64,000 nucleotides of DNA from an uncultured Planctomycetota bacterium. Its GTDB lineage: Bacteria; Planctomycetota; Planctomycetia; Isosphaerales; Isosphaeraceae. Below are positions 1 to 8,926 of this stretch, piece by piece. The stretch covers positions 6,368,001 through 6,432,000 of the forward strand of contig CAVTTN010000002.1 of the NCBI GenBank assembly GCA_963737655.1, written 5' to 3'. Made by a program: the position numbers and the translations under genes. Below the pieces are notes generated by a model that was not told the origin of the DNA, did not search any database, and worked only from the letters and a program-made list of their open reading frames with translations. Each line of letters begins with the position of its first letter. Within the stretch, counting starts at the first letter, position 1.

Positions 1-316
1 TCGCCAGGTGACGCCCGAGCCAGCCCGGGCGGGGCACGGCGTCATCGTCGATCAGGAGGATGATTTCGCCCGAGGACTCGTCCAGGGCCCGGTTCTCGGC
101 CGGGACGATCGCCGGCTCGGCCTGGTGGAGGACGCGGAGCGGGTAGGGCACGGCCCCGACCTTCGACTCGGCCGCGTCCCGGGTCGGGGTGTCGTCCCCC
201 TGCCAGACCACGAGCACCTCGTCCGGGCTCGGATCCTGAACCGCCAGGCCCTCCAGGCACTGGAACAGGCGATGCGGCCGGCGATAGCTCGGGATCAGGA
301 CGCTGGCGGTGGGCAT
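1..316 (-). CDS. Glycosyltransferase family 2 (5' part; runs off window)
   Basis: Not in the ORF track. Manual translation from ATG 316: MPTASVLIPSYRRPHRLFQCLEGLAVQ..PDEVLVVWQGDD...ENRALDESSGEIILLIDDDA, a GT-A N-terminus with a DDD motif. Confidence 0.85.
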   Translation of the reverse strand, partial: MPTASVLIPSYRRPHRLFQCLEGLAVQDPSPDEVLVVWQGDDTPTRDAAESKVGAVPYPLRVLHQAEPAIVPAENRALDESSGEIILLIDDDAVPRPGWLGRHLA

Positions 317-466
317 AAGCTTGAGAGGCCGGGGTTCCAGTCGGGCAAGTCATCGCCGGACCGAGTTTCGCGATCCACTACGCGGGAATTGGCCATGGCC
401 GACATCCTAGCAAGGACGACCCGATCCCGGCAACGACTCAGCCCGAAACCCGGGCCGTTTCCCGGA

Positions 467-3400
467 TCAACCCAGGAGCATCCCGGCATAGCCGACGACC
501 CGGCCGGTGTCGCCGCTGACCTCGGCACTCGTGGCGTACCCTACCCGTTCCATCTTCTCCAGGCCGCCTAGATCCCGCAGGGTCTCCATCACGATCACCG
601 CGGGGAGGACCCCGCACATGCTGATGTTGTGCTCGGTGACCGTGGCCAGGAGCCGGGCCGGGTCGAGCGTCTCCATCGCCTCCAGGGCGATCTCGTCGAG
701 CCGACGGGTCTCGCCGTCGTTGGCGAAGTGGTTCATGTCGCTGGAGATCAGCAAGAGGGGGGGCGTCGGCAGGCGACGGACGACCTGGGCCAGCCCCCGG
801 GCGAACTCGCGGCAGCGGTCCAGGCCGCCCCCGCCGACGACGATCCCCACCACCCTGGCCTCCGGGGCGAGCCGGGCGATCCAGGGCAATTCGACCTCGA
901 TGGCGTGCTCGTCGCGATGAGCGGCGGCGTCCAGGTGGAGCCCGGGGATCGCCTCGACCAGGGACTCGGCCAGCGAGCGGTCCGAAGCGATCGTCGCGCC
1001 CGGGATCGACCACGACTCGTGGGGCGAGACGGCCCAGGCCACGCCCTGCCTCGTGTGCTTCGGGCCGATCACGATCACGGTCTCGGGGATTTCCAGGCGG
1101 TTCAGGACGGCGGCCGCCAACGATCCCGAATAGGCCAGCCCGGCGTGCGGGACCATCGCCGCCGGCCACGGCCCGGGCTTCCGCCCGGCCCGGCCGAGCC
1201 GGTCCTGGACCATCCTCGAAAGCTCGTCGGGGTCGGCCGGATAGAACTTCCCGGCCACGGCCGGGCGCCTGGCGGAGCGGTCGTCGATCGGCCTGGGCGC
1301 CGAGCGGATGACGACCCGGCGGTCGGTCGTCAGCGTGTCCAGGGTGTAGAGGCCGGCCGAGGCGGGGTTCAAGACGTCGAGCTCGCGGAGGGCCGTCCGG
1401 AGCAGCTCGTCCGGGGTCTCGGCCGGGTCGAACGCCCAGGCCGTCTTGTCGCCTTCGAGGAGGAGCAAGGCCCGTCGCGACGGGTCCACTCCGCGGAGGT
1501 CCGGCTCCAGGACGGTCCCATGCATGGCCGGGTCGCGGAACAGGCTGACGCCGACTCGGATCGCCTCCGGCGCCGCCCCCGATCGCCGGACGACCTCCGC
1601 CGCCTGCTCGCAGAGCCGGAAGATCGACGCCTGGAGCGGCATTCCGGGCCGGAACGAGAGCTGAAAGACGTGGATCGGGTCGGCCGAGCCCGGGAGGGTC
1701 AACGACAGGGCGAGCCCGGCCACGTTGCCGTCGCTCACCCCGTAGGCGTAGAACTGAGGCGTCCCGCCCCGGACCAGCGCCACGAGGTTCGTCCTGGCGA
1801 GCTCGGCCAGAGCGCGGAGGTCCGAGGCCGAGAACGACGAGGCCGTCCCCTGGCCTTCGAGGCTCGAGACGTCGAACGGCCCGCCGAATTCGTCGGATTC
1901 GAACGTGAACAGCGAGGTTTCCTGGTCCTCCCAGGCCGTGGTGGGCAGGCCGGCCTTCCGGCAGATGCCTCGGAGGTACGACTCGGCGTCCCAGCCGTGC
2001 TCGGTGGGGACGCTGGGCAAGAGCAGGCCCGACGCCCCCCCGCGATGGATCCGCAGGCCGTGGCGGCCCACCTCCACCGCGTCGATCCGGTCCCGGCCCG
2101 TCGCGGTCATCGGCCGGAGGTCTTTCAGGAGGTTGACGCTGAGCTCCAGGTAGGGCAACTCCGAGGCGGAGATCGGCGGCAGGCGGTGGTCCTCGGTCGC
2201 CGTGATCGTCGCGGCCTGCGCCAGGGCGTCGCTCAGCCTCCGGGTCTCGCCCAGGGTGCCGCAGCAGGCGCGAAGCTGGCCGTTCTTCTTCAACGTCACG
2301 TAGGCCCCGATCACCGGGAACCCGGCCGAGCCGCCGAGCGAGGGGTCGGCCAGCTGGACCGGCCGATCGAGCACCCGGGAGGCCACGACCTCGGCCGCCG
2401 CCGAGAGGATCGCGCCTTTCATCGGGTCGGTCAGGGCGGTCGAGGCGGTCTCCGTGGCGGTCGTCATGGTCGGGCTCCGTCCGATCTGGTGAACCGGCGG
2501 CCCGGGATCGGGCGAGGGCCGGGCGAACTGGCGGATCTCGACCGGCAGCCTCTTGCGGCCCCACGAACCCGGCCGATCCGCGAACCTCCCGGCGATCCGT
2601 CCGCCGCAACTCCCGCACCGATCGCCCTTCAGGTTGTAAGTCCCCAGATCATACCAGTTTCGCTCGATCACCAGGGCCCGGCAATGCGGGCAGTACGTGC
2701 TCTGATGCTTCACGTCGTCCACGTTGCCGGTGTAGACGTACTTCAGGCCTTCCCGGACGGCGATCGACCGGGCCTCGATCAGCGTCGAATGAGGCGTCGG
2801 CGGGCGGTCCCTCATCCGGAAATCGGGGTGGAACGCCGTGAAGTGGACCGGCACCTCGTCGCCCACGTGCTGCAAGATCCAGCCGGACATCCTTCGGATC
2901 TCGTCGGCCGAGTCGTTGGCCTCGGGGATCACCAAATTGGTGATCTCGAACCAGCAATCCGTCTCCTTCTTGAGCCATTCGAGGGTGTCGAGCACGGGCT
3001 GGAGGTGCGAATAGGTGATCTTGTGATAGAACTCCTCGGTGAACCCCTTCAGGTCGACGTTGGCGGCGTCCATGACCTCGAAGAAGGGGCGGCGGGCCTC
3101 CGGGGTGATGTAGCCGGCCGTCACCGCGACCGTCTTGACCCCGGCGGCGTGGCAGGCTCGGGCCGAATCGATCGCGTATTCGGCCCAGATGATCGGATCA
3201 TTGTACGTGAAAGCCACGCTCCGGCAGCCGAGTTGCCTGGCCGCCTCGGCGATGGCCTCGGGCGTCGCCTCGGCCGAGAGCCGCTCGACTTCCTTCGACT
3301 TCGAGATGTCCCAGTTCTGGCAGAACTTGCAGCCGAGGTTGCAACCGGCCGTCCCGAACGACAGCACGCTCGTCCCGGGATAGAAATGATTGAGCGGCTT

Positions 3401-3640
3401 CTTCTCGATCGGATCGACGCAAAACCCGGTGCTCCGGCCATACGTCGTCAGGACCATCTCGTCCCCGACGTTCTGGCGGACGAAGCAGAACCCGCGATCC
3501 CCCGATTTCAGGCTGCAGGCGCGGGGGCAGAGGTCGCAGACGATCCGGCCGGTCTCCGGGTCGTCGTGCCACCAGCCGCCGGGCAAGAAACCGTCCGGGC
3601 GAAGGCCCGTCCGGGGCGGGTCGAGGACCGTCCGTGTCAT
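467..3640 (-). CDS. amrS: AmmeMemoRadiSam triple fusion: radical SAM (AmrS) + AMMECR1 domain(s) (AmrA) + MEMO1 domain (AmrB)
   Basis: CDLCPRAC, DPIEKKPLNHF and CNLGCKFC (radical SAM); AYVTLKKNGQLRACCG...GLLLPSV (AMMECR1); RRPAVAGKFYP, PHAG, EHAIEV, SSDMNH, MCG (MEMO). Confidence 0.92.
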   Translation of the reverse strand: MTRTVLDPPRTGLRPDGFLPGGWWHDDPETGRIVCDLCPRACSLKSGDRGFCFVRQNVGDEMVLTTYGRSTGFCVDPIEKKPLNHFYPGTSVLSFGTAGCNLGCKFCQNWDISKSKEVERLSAEATPEAIAEAARQLGCRSVAFTYNDPIIWAEYAIDSARACHAAGVKTVAVTAGYITPEARRPFFEVMDAANVDLKGFTEEFYHKITYSHLQPVLDTLEWLKKETDCWFEITNLVIPEANDSADEIRRMSGWILQHVGDEVPVHFTAFHPDFRMRDRPPTPHSTLIEARSIAVREGLKYVYTGNVDDVKHQSTYCPHCRALVIERNWYDLGTYNLKGDRCGSCGGRIAGRFADRPGSWGRKRLPVEIRQFARPSPDPGPPVHQIGRSPTMTTATETASTALTDPMKGAILSAAAEVVASRVLDRPVQLADPSLGGSAGFPVIGAYVTLKKNGQLRACCGTLGETRRLSDALAQAATITATEDHRLPPISASELPYLELSVNLLKDLRPMTATGRDRIDAVEVGRHGLRIHRGGASGLLLPSVPTEHGWDAESYLRGICRKAGLPTTAWEDQETSLFTFESDEFGGPFDVSSLEGQGTASSFSASDLRALAELARTNLVALVRGGTPQFYAYGVSDGNVAGLALSLTLPGSADPIHVFQLSFRPGMPLQASIFRLCEQAAEVVRRSGAAPEAIRVGVSLFRDPAMHGTVLEPDLRGVDPSRRALLLLEGDKTAWAFDPAETPDELLRTALRELDVLNPASAGLYTLDTLTTDRRVVIRSAPRPIDDRSARRPAVAGKFYPADPDELSRMVQDRLGRAGRKPGPWPAAMVPHAGLAYSGSLAAAVLNRLEIPETVIVIGPKHTRQGVAWAVSPHESWSIPGATIASDRSLAESLVEAIPGLHLDAAAHRDEHAIEVELPWIARLAPEARVVGIVVGGGGLDRCREFARGLAQVVRRLPTPPLLLISSDMNHFANDGETRRLDEIALEAMETLDPARLLATVTEHNISMCGVLPAVIVMETLRDLGGLEKMERVGYATSAEVSGDTGRVVGYAGMLLG

Positions 3641-3720
3641 GGTAGGAGACCAATCCGGAAGGGAGGGGAGGTTCGAGGCTCACCCTCATTTTAGGCGGCG
3701 AATCGGCGAGAATCAGGGAA

Positions 3721-3788
3721 GCGGACCGAAACGCAGATTACGCAGATTAAAATTCTTTTAAATCTGCGTAATCTGCGTTTCTGTCCGC
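3721..3788. repeat. Intergenic inverted repeat with tandem 9-mer (ACGCAGATT x2) arms
   Basis: 28-bp arms 3721-3748 / 3761-3788 with one mismatch and an AT-rich 12-nt loop. Confidence 0.9.
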
Positions 3789-3812
3789 CTTTTGATCCCA
3801 GGGGTGCCGGGC

Positions 3813-5162
3813 TTACTGGTGGATTGAGAAGCCCTTGCGGTAGTCGCGGCGGATGAACTGATCCGCGTTGGAGTTGTTCTTGGCGCGGAGGTTGGCGGCG
3901 TCCCATTCGATCTTGGTGCCGGCCTTCAGGGCGACCACGCCGAGGAGGACGGTCTCGGTCAGGCGGCCGGCGTAGTCGAAGTTGGAGAGGGCCCGCTTGG
4001 GCTCGTTGTTCTGGATCGCCTGGACCCATTCGGTGAAGTGGCCGGGGGACTTGGGCAGCTCGGACTCGGGCTCCTTCACGTCCTTGAACTTGTCCTTGGG
4101 CAGGAGGGTGTGCTCGGCCCCGTAGTCGTTCTGCGAGTAGAACGAGCCCTTCTCGCCGACGAGCAACAGGCCGGAGCCGGACGGCTTCTCGCCGTGGAGG
4201 AGGTCCTTGTACAGCCTCTTGTCCTCGGGGAGGTTCTTGCCGCCGTCGTACCAGTTGAGGGTCAGCGGGGCGCGGTTGCCCCTCTGGCCGAACTGGGTGC
4301 GGATGATCGACCAGGTGGGGTAGCTCGCGTTATCGACGATCCCCGAGGTGTCCACGACCTCGACGCTCTCCGGGTCGAACAGCTCCAGGGCCATGGCGGC
4401 GACGTTGATGGTGTGGCAGGCCATGTCGCCCAGGGCGCCGGTGCCGAAGTCCAGCCAGCCTCGCCAGGCGAACGGCTGGTAGGCGGGGTTGAACGGGCGG
4501 TCGTGCGCCGGCCCGAGGAACTCGTACCAGCGGACGTTGTTGGGGACGCCCGGGGTGCTCGTGGGCTTGGCGATCCCCTGGGGCCAGATCGGGCGATTGG
4601 TCCAGACGTGGATCTCCTTGATCGGCCCGAGGAGGTCCGATCGGATCAGGGCCACGCCCTTGCGGAAGCCGTCGGCGGCGGTGCCCTGGTTGCCCATCTG
4701 GGTGCAGAGCTTCTTCTCGGCCGCGAGCTCGCGCATGAAGCGGGCTTCCTCGACCGACCAAGTCAGGGGCTTCTGGCAGAAGCAATGCTTGCCCATCTTC
4801 ATCGCCATGACCGACGCCGGGGCGTGCGAGTGGTCGGGCGTGGAGACGGTCACGGCGTCGATCTTGTCGCCGAGGTCCTCGAGCATCTTGCGGTAGTCGA
4901 AGTACTTCTTGGCGTTGGGGTACTTGGCCCCCATCTTGTCCAGGGTGTTGGAATCGACGTCGCAGATGGCGACGAGCTCGCCGTGGGAGCCGGCGTCGTT
5001 GGTGTCGCTGTCTCCCTTGCCGCCGATGCCGATCGAGGCGAACCGGACCTTGTCGTTCGGCCCGGGGCGGAGCGACCGAAGGTAGGCCGGGGCCCGGCCC
5101 GGGAGCATCGGGACGGCCGCGCCGACGGCGGCCTGGCCCAGGAACTGGCGGCGATTGGTCAT
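3813..5162 (-). CDS. Gfo/Idh/MocA family oxidoreductase, Tat-exported
   Basis: MTNRRQFL Tat motif; IGIGGKG; STPDHSH; CQKP; GALGDMACH. Start placed at ATG 5162. Confidence 0.92.
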   Translation of the reverse strand: MTNRRQFLGQAAVGAAVPMLPGRAPAYLRSLRPGPNDKVRFASIGIGGKGDSDTNDAGSHGELVAICDVDSNTLDKMGAKYPNAKKYFDYRKMLEDLGDKIDAVTVSTPDHSHAPASVMAMKMGKHCFCQKPLTWSVEEARFMRELAAEKKLCTQMGNQGTAADGFRKGVALIRSDLLGPIKEIHVWTNRPIWPQGIAKPTSTPGVPNNVRWYEFLGPAHDRPFNPAYQPFAWRGWLDFGTGALGDMACHTINVAAMALELFDPESVEVVDTSGIVDNASYPTWSIIRTQFGQRGNRAPLTLNWYDGGKNLPEDKRLYKDLLHGEKPSGSGLLLVGEKGSFYSQNDYGAEHTLLPKDKFKDVKEPESELPKSPGHFTEWVQAIQNNEPKRALSNFDYAGRLTETVLLGVVALKAGTKIEWDAANLRAKNNSNADQFIRRDYRKGFSIHQ

Positions 5163-5292
5163 GAGCAAGCTTCCCGGAAGAGAAGAAGACGGTGAGGGCC
5201 GGCGTCCGGGCCCGAGTGCCCCAAGGATGCCACGCCCCGGACCCCTCCGCAAGAACGTGGCGGCCGGCGCGCCGATCGGCCCGCGCGGAGGA

Positions 5293-5321
5293 CTGACATC
5301 GGGCGGCCGTCGCGGTACAAT
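5293..5321 (+). promoter_or_regulatory. Putative sigma70 promoter for the DUF1553/DUF1501 pair
   Basis: CTGACA-N17-TACAAT about 77 nt upstream of ATG 5398. Confidence 0.5.
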
Positions 5322-5397
5322 GCCGGGGACATCGCCGGATCGTGCCCGCCTTGCGGATCGCCCTCCCACCCGTTCCCGAAGCGACGGTCACCCTCCC

Positions 5398-8300
5398 ATG
5401 AATCGCCCCCCTTCTCGCTCGCCCCGAATCGGGCGCGGCCGATCGTGCCGGTGGCTCGCGGCAGTCCTCGCGTCCCTCGCGACGCCGAGCCTCGCGGGAG
5501 AGCCCTCGGCCCGGACGATCGACTTCAACCGGGACGTCCGGCCGATCCTCTCCAACTTCTGCTTCGCCTGCCACGGCCCCGACGCCGGCAAGCGCAAGGG
5601 CCTGAGCAAGCCCTTGAGGCTCGACACCGAGGAAGGCGCCTTCGCCGACCTCGGCGGCCACTCCGCGTTCGTCCGCGGCAAGCCGGAGGAGTGCGAGGCC
5701 CTCGAACGGGTCTCGACCGAGGACGAACAGCTCGTCATGCCGCCGAGGAAGACGGGCAAGAAGCTCACCGGGAAGGACGTGGAGACCCTCACCGAATGGG
5801 TCAAGCAGGGCGCCCCGTATGCCAAACATTGGTCGTATGTCGTCCCCACCCGGCCCCCCCTGCCCAGCGTCCGCGACGCATCATGGCCGAGGAACGCGAT
5901 CGACCGCTTCTTGCTCGCGAGGCTGGAATCCGAAGGCTTGCAACCCTCGCCCGAGGCCGACCGCGAGACGATGATCCGTCGAGTGAGCCTGGACCTCACC
6001 GGCCTCCCGCCGACCGTGGACGAGGTGGAGGCGTTCGTCCGCGACGACCGGCCCGACGCCTATGAACGGCACGTCGATCGCCTGCTCGCCAGCCCCTCCT
6101 ACGGCGAGCACTGGGCCCGGATGTGGCTGGACCTCGCCCGCTACGCCGATTCCAGCGGCTATGCCGACGACCCCCCTCGGACCATCTGGGCCTATCGCGA
6201 TTACGTGATCCGATCGTTCAACGCCAACAAGCCTTTCGATCAGTTCACGATCGAGCAGATCGCCGGAGACCTCCTGCCGAACCCCGCCGACGACCAGCTC
6301 GTCGCCACCGCGTTCCACCGCAACACCCCCACGAACAACGAGGGCGGCACCAACGACGAGGAGTTCCGCAACGTCGCCGTGGTCGATCGCGTGAACACCA
6401 CGATGGCCGTCTGGATGGGCACCACGCTCGCCTGCGCCCAGTGCCACGACCACAAATATGATCCCCTGGCCCAGAAAGAATATTTCGGCATCTTCGCCTT
6501 CTTCAACAACACCGAGGACGCCGACCGGGGCGACGAAAGCCCCCTGCTGAGCGTCTTCAGCGACGAGCAGAAGACGCAGAAGGCCGACTGGACGGCGGAG
6601 GTCGCTCGCCTGGAATCGACGCTCCGGACCTCCACCCCCGAACTCGTCGCGTCCCGGGAAAAGTGGGAGCAAGGGCTCGGGTCCGAACTCTCCTCGAAGC
6701 CGCTCAGGCCCAGGACCTTGACGAGTCAATCCGGAGCGAAGCTGGAGGCCGGCGAGGACGGCTCGATCCGGGCGGAATCGAAGGCGAAGACCGACGTGTT
6801 CACGATGGGATCCGTCCTGGACGGCCGAAAACTGACGGCCTTGAAGCTCGAGGCGCTCGCCGACGACGCCTTGCCCGGCAAGGGTCCGGGATATGCGGGC
6901 GGGAACTTCGTGATTTCGAGGGTCTCGGCGACGATCACGCCGCCGAAGGGCACGGAGGTCTCGGGCCGGTTCGTCCGCGTCGAGCTTCCCGGGCCGAAGA
7001 AGCTGCTCTCGCTGGCCGAGGTCCAGGTCTTCCGCAAGGGGGAGAACGTCGCGCCGAAGGGCGAGGCCCGGCAGATCAGCACCGCGTTCGGCGGGACGGC
7101 GTCGAGGGCGATCGACGGCAAGACCGACGGCCGGTACTTCGAGGCGCTCTCGACCACCCACACGCTCGACGCCGACGATCCGTGGTGGGAGGTCGATCTC
7201 AAGGGCGAGGGGCCGATCGAGAAGATCGCGATCTGGAACCGGACCGACGGCGGCCTCCAGTTCCGCCTGAGCGATTTCCGAGTGGTCGTCCTGAACGAAA
7301 GACGGGAGCCGGTCTGGTCGCAGACGATCGCGAAGGCGCCCGACCCGAGCGTCGAGCTCTCGCCGAGCGGGGCGAAGGAAATCCGCTTCGCGGCGGCCCT
7401 GGCGGACTACTCGCAAGCCTCCTTCGACGCCTCGAACGTCCTGAACAACGCCGACCCCGCCAGCCGCGGATGGGCGGTCGGCGGAGGCGTCGGCAAGCCC
7501 CATGCCTTGACGCTCCTGCCCGCCAACGCGATCGAATATGAGACGGGCTCGACCCTTTCCGTCACGATCGAGCAGGCCTCGAAGTTCGAGAACCACACCC
7601 TCGGCCGGTTCCGGCTGTCGATCTCCGACGACGATCGCGCCGGCGAGTTCGCGAGACTCCCCGAGAGCCTTCTCGCGATCGTGAGAACGGCCCCGGAGGC
7701 CCGGAGCGACGCCCAGAAGGCCGAGCTCTCGCGGTTCTACCTCGCCGAGGTCGCCCCCGAGCTCAAGCCGTCGCGCGACCGACTCGCCGAGGTCAAGAAA
7801 TCGCTCGCCGCGATCAAGCCGACGACCACCGTGCCGATCTTCCGCGAGTTGCAGGGCAATGCGCGGAGGAAGACGAACATCCAGGTTCGAGGCGACTTCC
7901 TCAGCCTCGGCGCCGAGGTCTCGGCGGGCGTCCCCGAGGCGTTCCACCCGCTGCCCGAGGGCGCCCCCCGCGATCGGCTGGCCCTGGCCCGCTGGCTCGT
8001 CGATCCGAAGAACCCGCTCACGGCGCGGGTCCTGGCCAATCGCACGTGGGAGAGCCTGTTCGGCATCGGCCTGGTGGCCACGAGCGAGGAATTCGGGTCT
8101 CAGGGCGAGCTGCCCAGCCACCCCGAATTGCTCGACTGGCTGGCCACCGAGCTGGTCGCGAACCATTGGGACCTGAAGGCCTTCCTGAAGCTCCTGGTCA
8201 CGTCGGCGGCCTATCGGCAAGGCTCGAAGGTCACGCCCGACCTCGAATCGCGAGACCCGGACAACCGCCTGCTCGCCCGAGGGCCCAGGTTCCGCCTCCC

Positions 8301-8910
8301 CGCCGAGACGATCCGCGATCAATCGTTGTTCGTCGCGGGCCTCCTGAGCTCGAAGAGCTTCGGGCCTCCGGTGAAGCCCCCGCAACCGGCCTCGGGCCTG
8401 AGCGCGGCGTTCGGCGGGGGGATCGACTGGGAGACCAGCAAGGGCGAGGACCGCTATCGTCGAGGGATTTACACGACATGGAGGCGATCGAACCCTTATC
8501 CCTCGATGACGGCGTTCGACGCCCCGAATCGCGACGTCTGCACCGTCCGCCGGACCAGGACCAACACGCCCCTTCAGGCGCTCGTCACGCTGAACGACCC
8601 GGTGTACGTCGAGGCCGCGCAGGGGCTGGCCCGGAGGATGGCGGCGGCCGGTTCGACCCCCGGCGATCGCGTTCGGAGCGGCTTCCGGATCGGCCTGGCG
8701 AGGAACCCGACCGACGTCGAGGCCGATCGGCTGGTCCTCCTGTACGAATCGGCCCGCGAGGCGTTCGCGAAGGAGCCGGAGAAGGCCCTCAAGATGGCCA
8801 CCGACCCCCTCGGGCCGTTGCCGAGAGGGTCCGAGGCCGCCGACCTCGCCGCCTGGACCGTGGTGGCGAACGTCCTGCTCAATCTCGATGAAATGCTCAT
8901 GAAACGATAA
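5398..8910 (+). CDS. Planctomycete cytochrome c / DUF1549 (PSCyt2) / DUF1553 (PSD1) protein with F5/8-type (F-lectin-like) domain
   Basis: DFNRDVRPILS..CFACHGPD; RRVSLDLTGLPPT; WLDLARYAD; CAQCHDHKYDP; NPLTARVLANR; PSHPELLDWLA; TNTPLQALVTLND. Confidence 0.92.
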   Translation: MNRPPSRSPRIGRGRSCRWLAAVLASLATPSLAGEPSARTIDFNRDVRPILSNFCFACHGPDAGKRKGLSKPLRLDTEEGAFADLGGHSAFVRGKPEECEALERVSTEDEQLVMPPRKTGKKLTGKDVETLTEWVKQGAPYAKHWSYVVPTRPPLPSVRDASWPRNAIDRFLLARLESEGLQPSPEADRETMIRRVSLDLTGLPPTVDEVEAFVRDDRPDAYERHVDRLLASPSYGEHWARMWLDLARYADSSGYADDPPRTIWAYRDYVIRSFNANKPFDQFTIEQIAGDLLPNPADDQLVATAFHRNTPTNNEGGTNDEEFRNVAVVDRVNTTMAVWMGTTLACAQCHDHKYDPLAQKEYFGIFAFFNNTEDADRGDESPLLSVFSDEQKTQKADWTAEVARLESTLRTSTPELVASREKWEQGLGSELSSKPLRPRTLTSQSGAKLEAGEDGSIRAESKAKTDVFTMGSVLDGRKLTALKLEALADDALPGKGPGYAGGNFVISRVSATITPPKGTEVSGRFVRVELPGPKKLLSLAEVQVFRKGENVAPKGEARQISTAFGGTASRAIDGKTDGRYFEALSTTHTLDADDPWWEVDLKGEGPIEKIAIWNRTDGGLQFRLSDFRVVVLNERREPVWSQTIAKAPDPSVELSPSGAKEIRFAAALADYSQASFDASNVLNNADPASRGWAVGGGVGKPHALTLLPANAIEYETGSTLSVTIEQASKFENHTLGRFRLSISDDDRAGEFARLPESLLAIVRTAPEARSDAQKAELSRFYLAEVAPELKPSRDRLAEVKKSLAAIKPTTTVPIFRELQGNARRKTNIQVRGDFLSLGAEVSAGVPEAFHPLPEGAPRDRLALARWLVDPKNPLTARVLANRTWESLFGIGLVATSEEFGSQGELPSHPELLDWLATELVANHWDLKAFLKLLVTSAAYRQGSKVTPDLESRDPDNRLLARGPRFRLPAETIRDQSLFVAGLLSSKSFGPPVKPPQPASGLSAAFGGGIDWETSKGEDRYRRGIYTTWRRSNPYPSMTAFDAPNRDVCTVRRTRTNTPLQALVTLNDPVYVEAAQGLARRMAAAGSTPGDRVRSGFRIGLARNPTDVEADRLVLLYESAREAFAKEPEKALKMATDPLGPLPRGSEAADLAAWTVVANVLLNLDEMLMKR

Positions 8911-8926
8911 TCGCGAGGCCCCGCCG

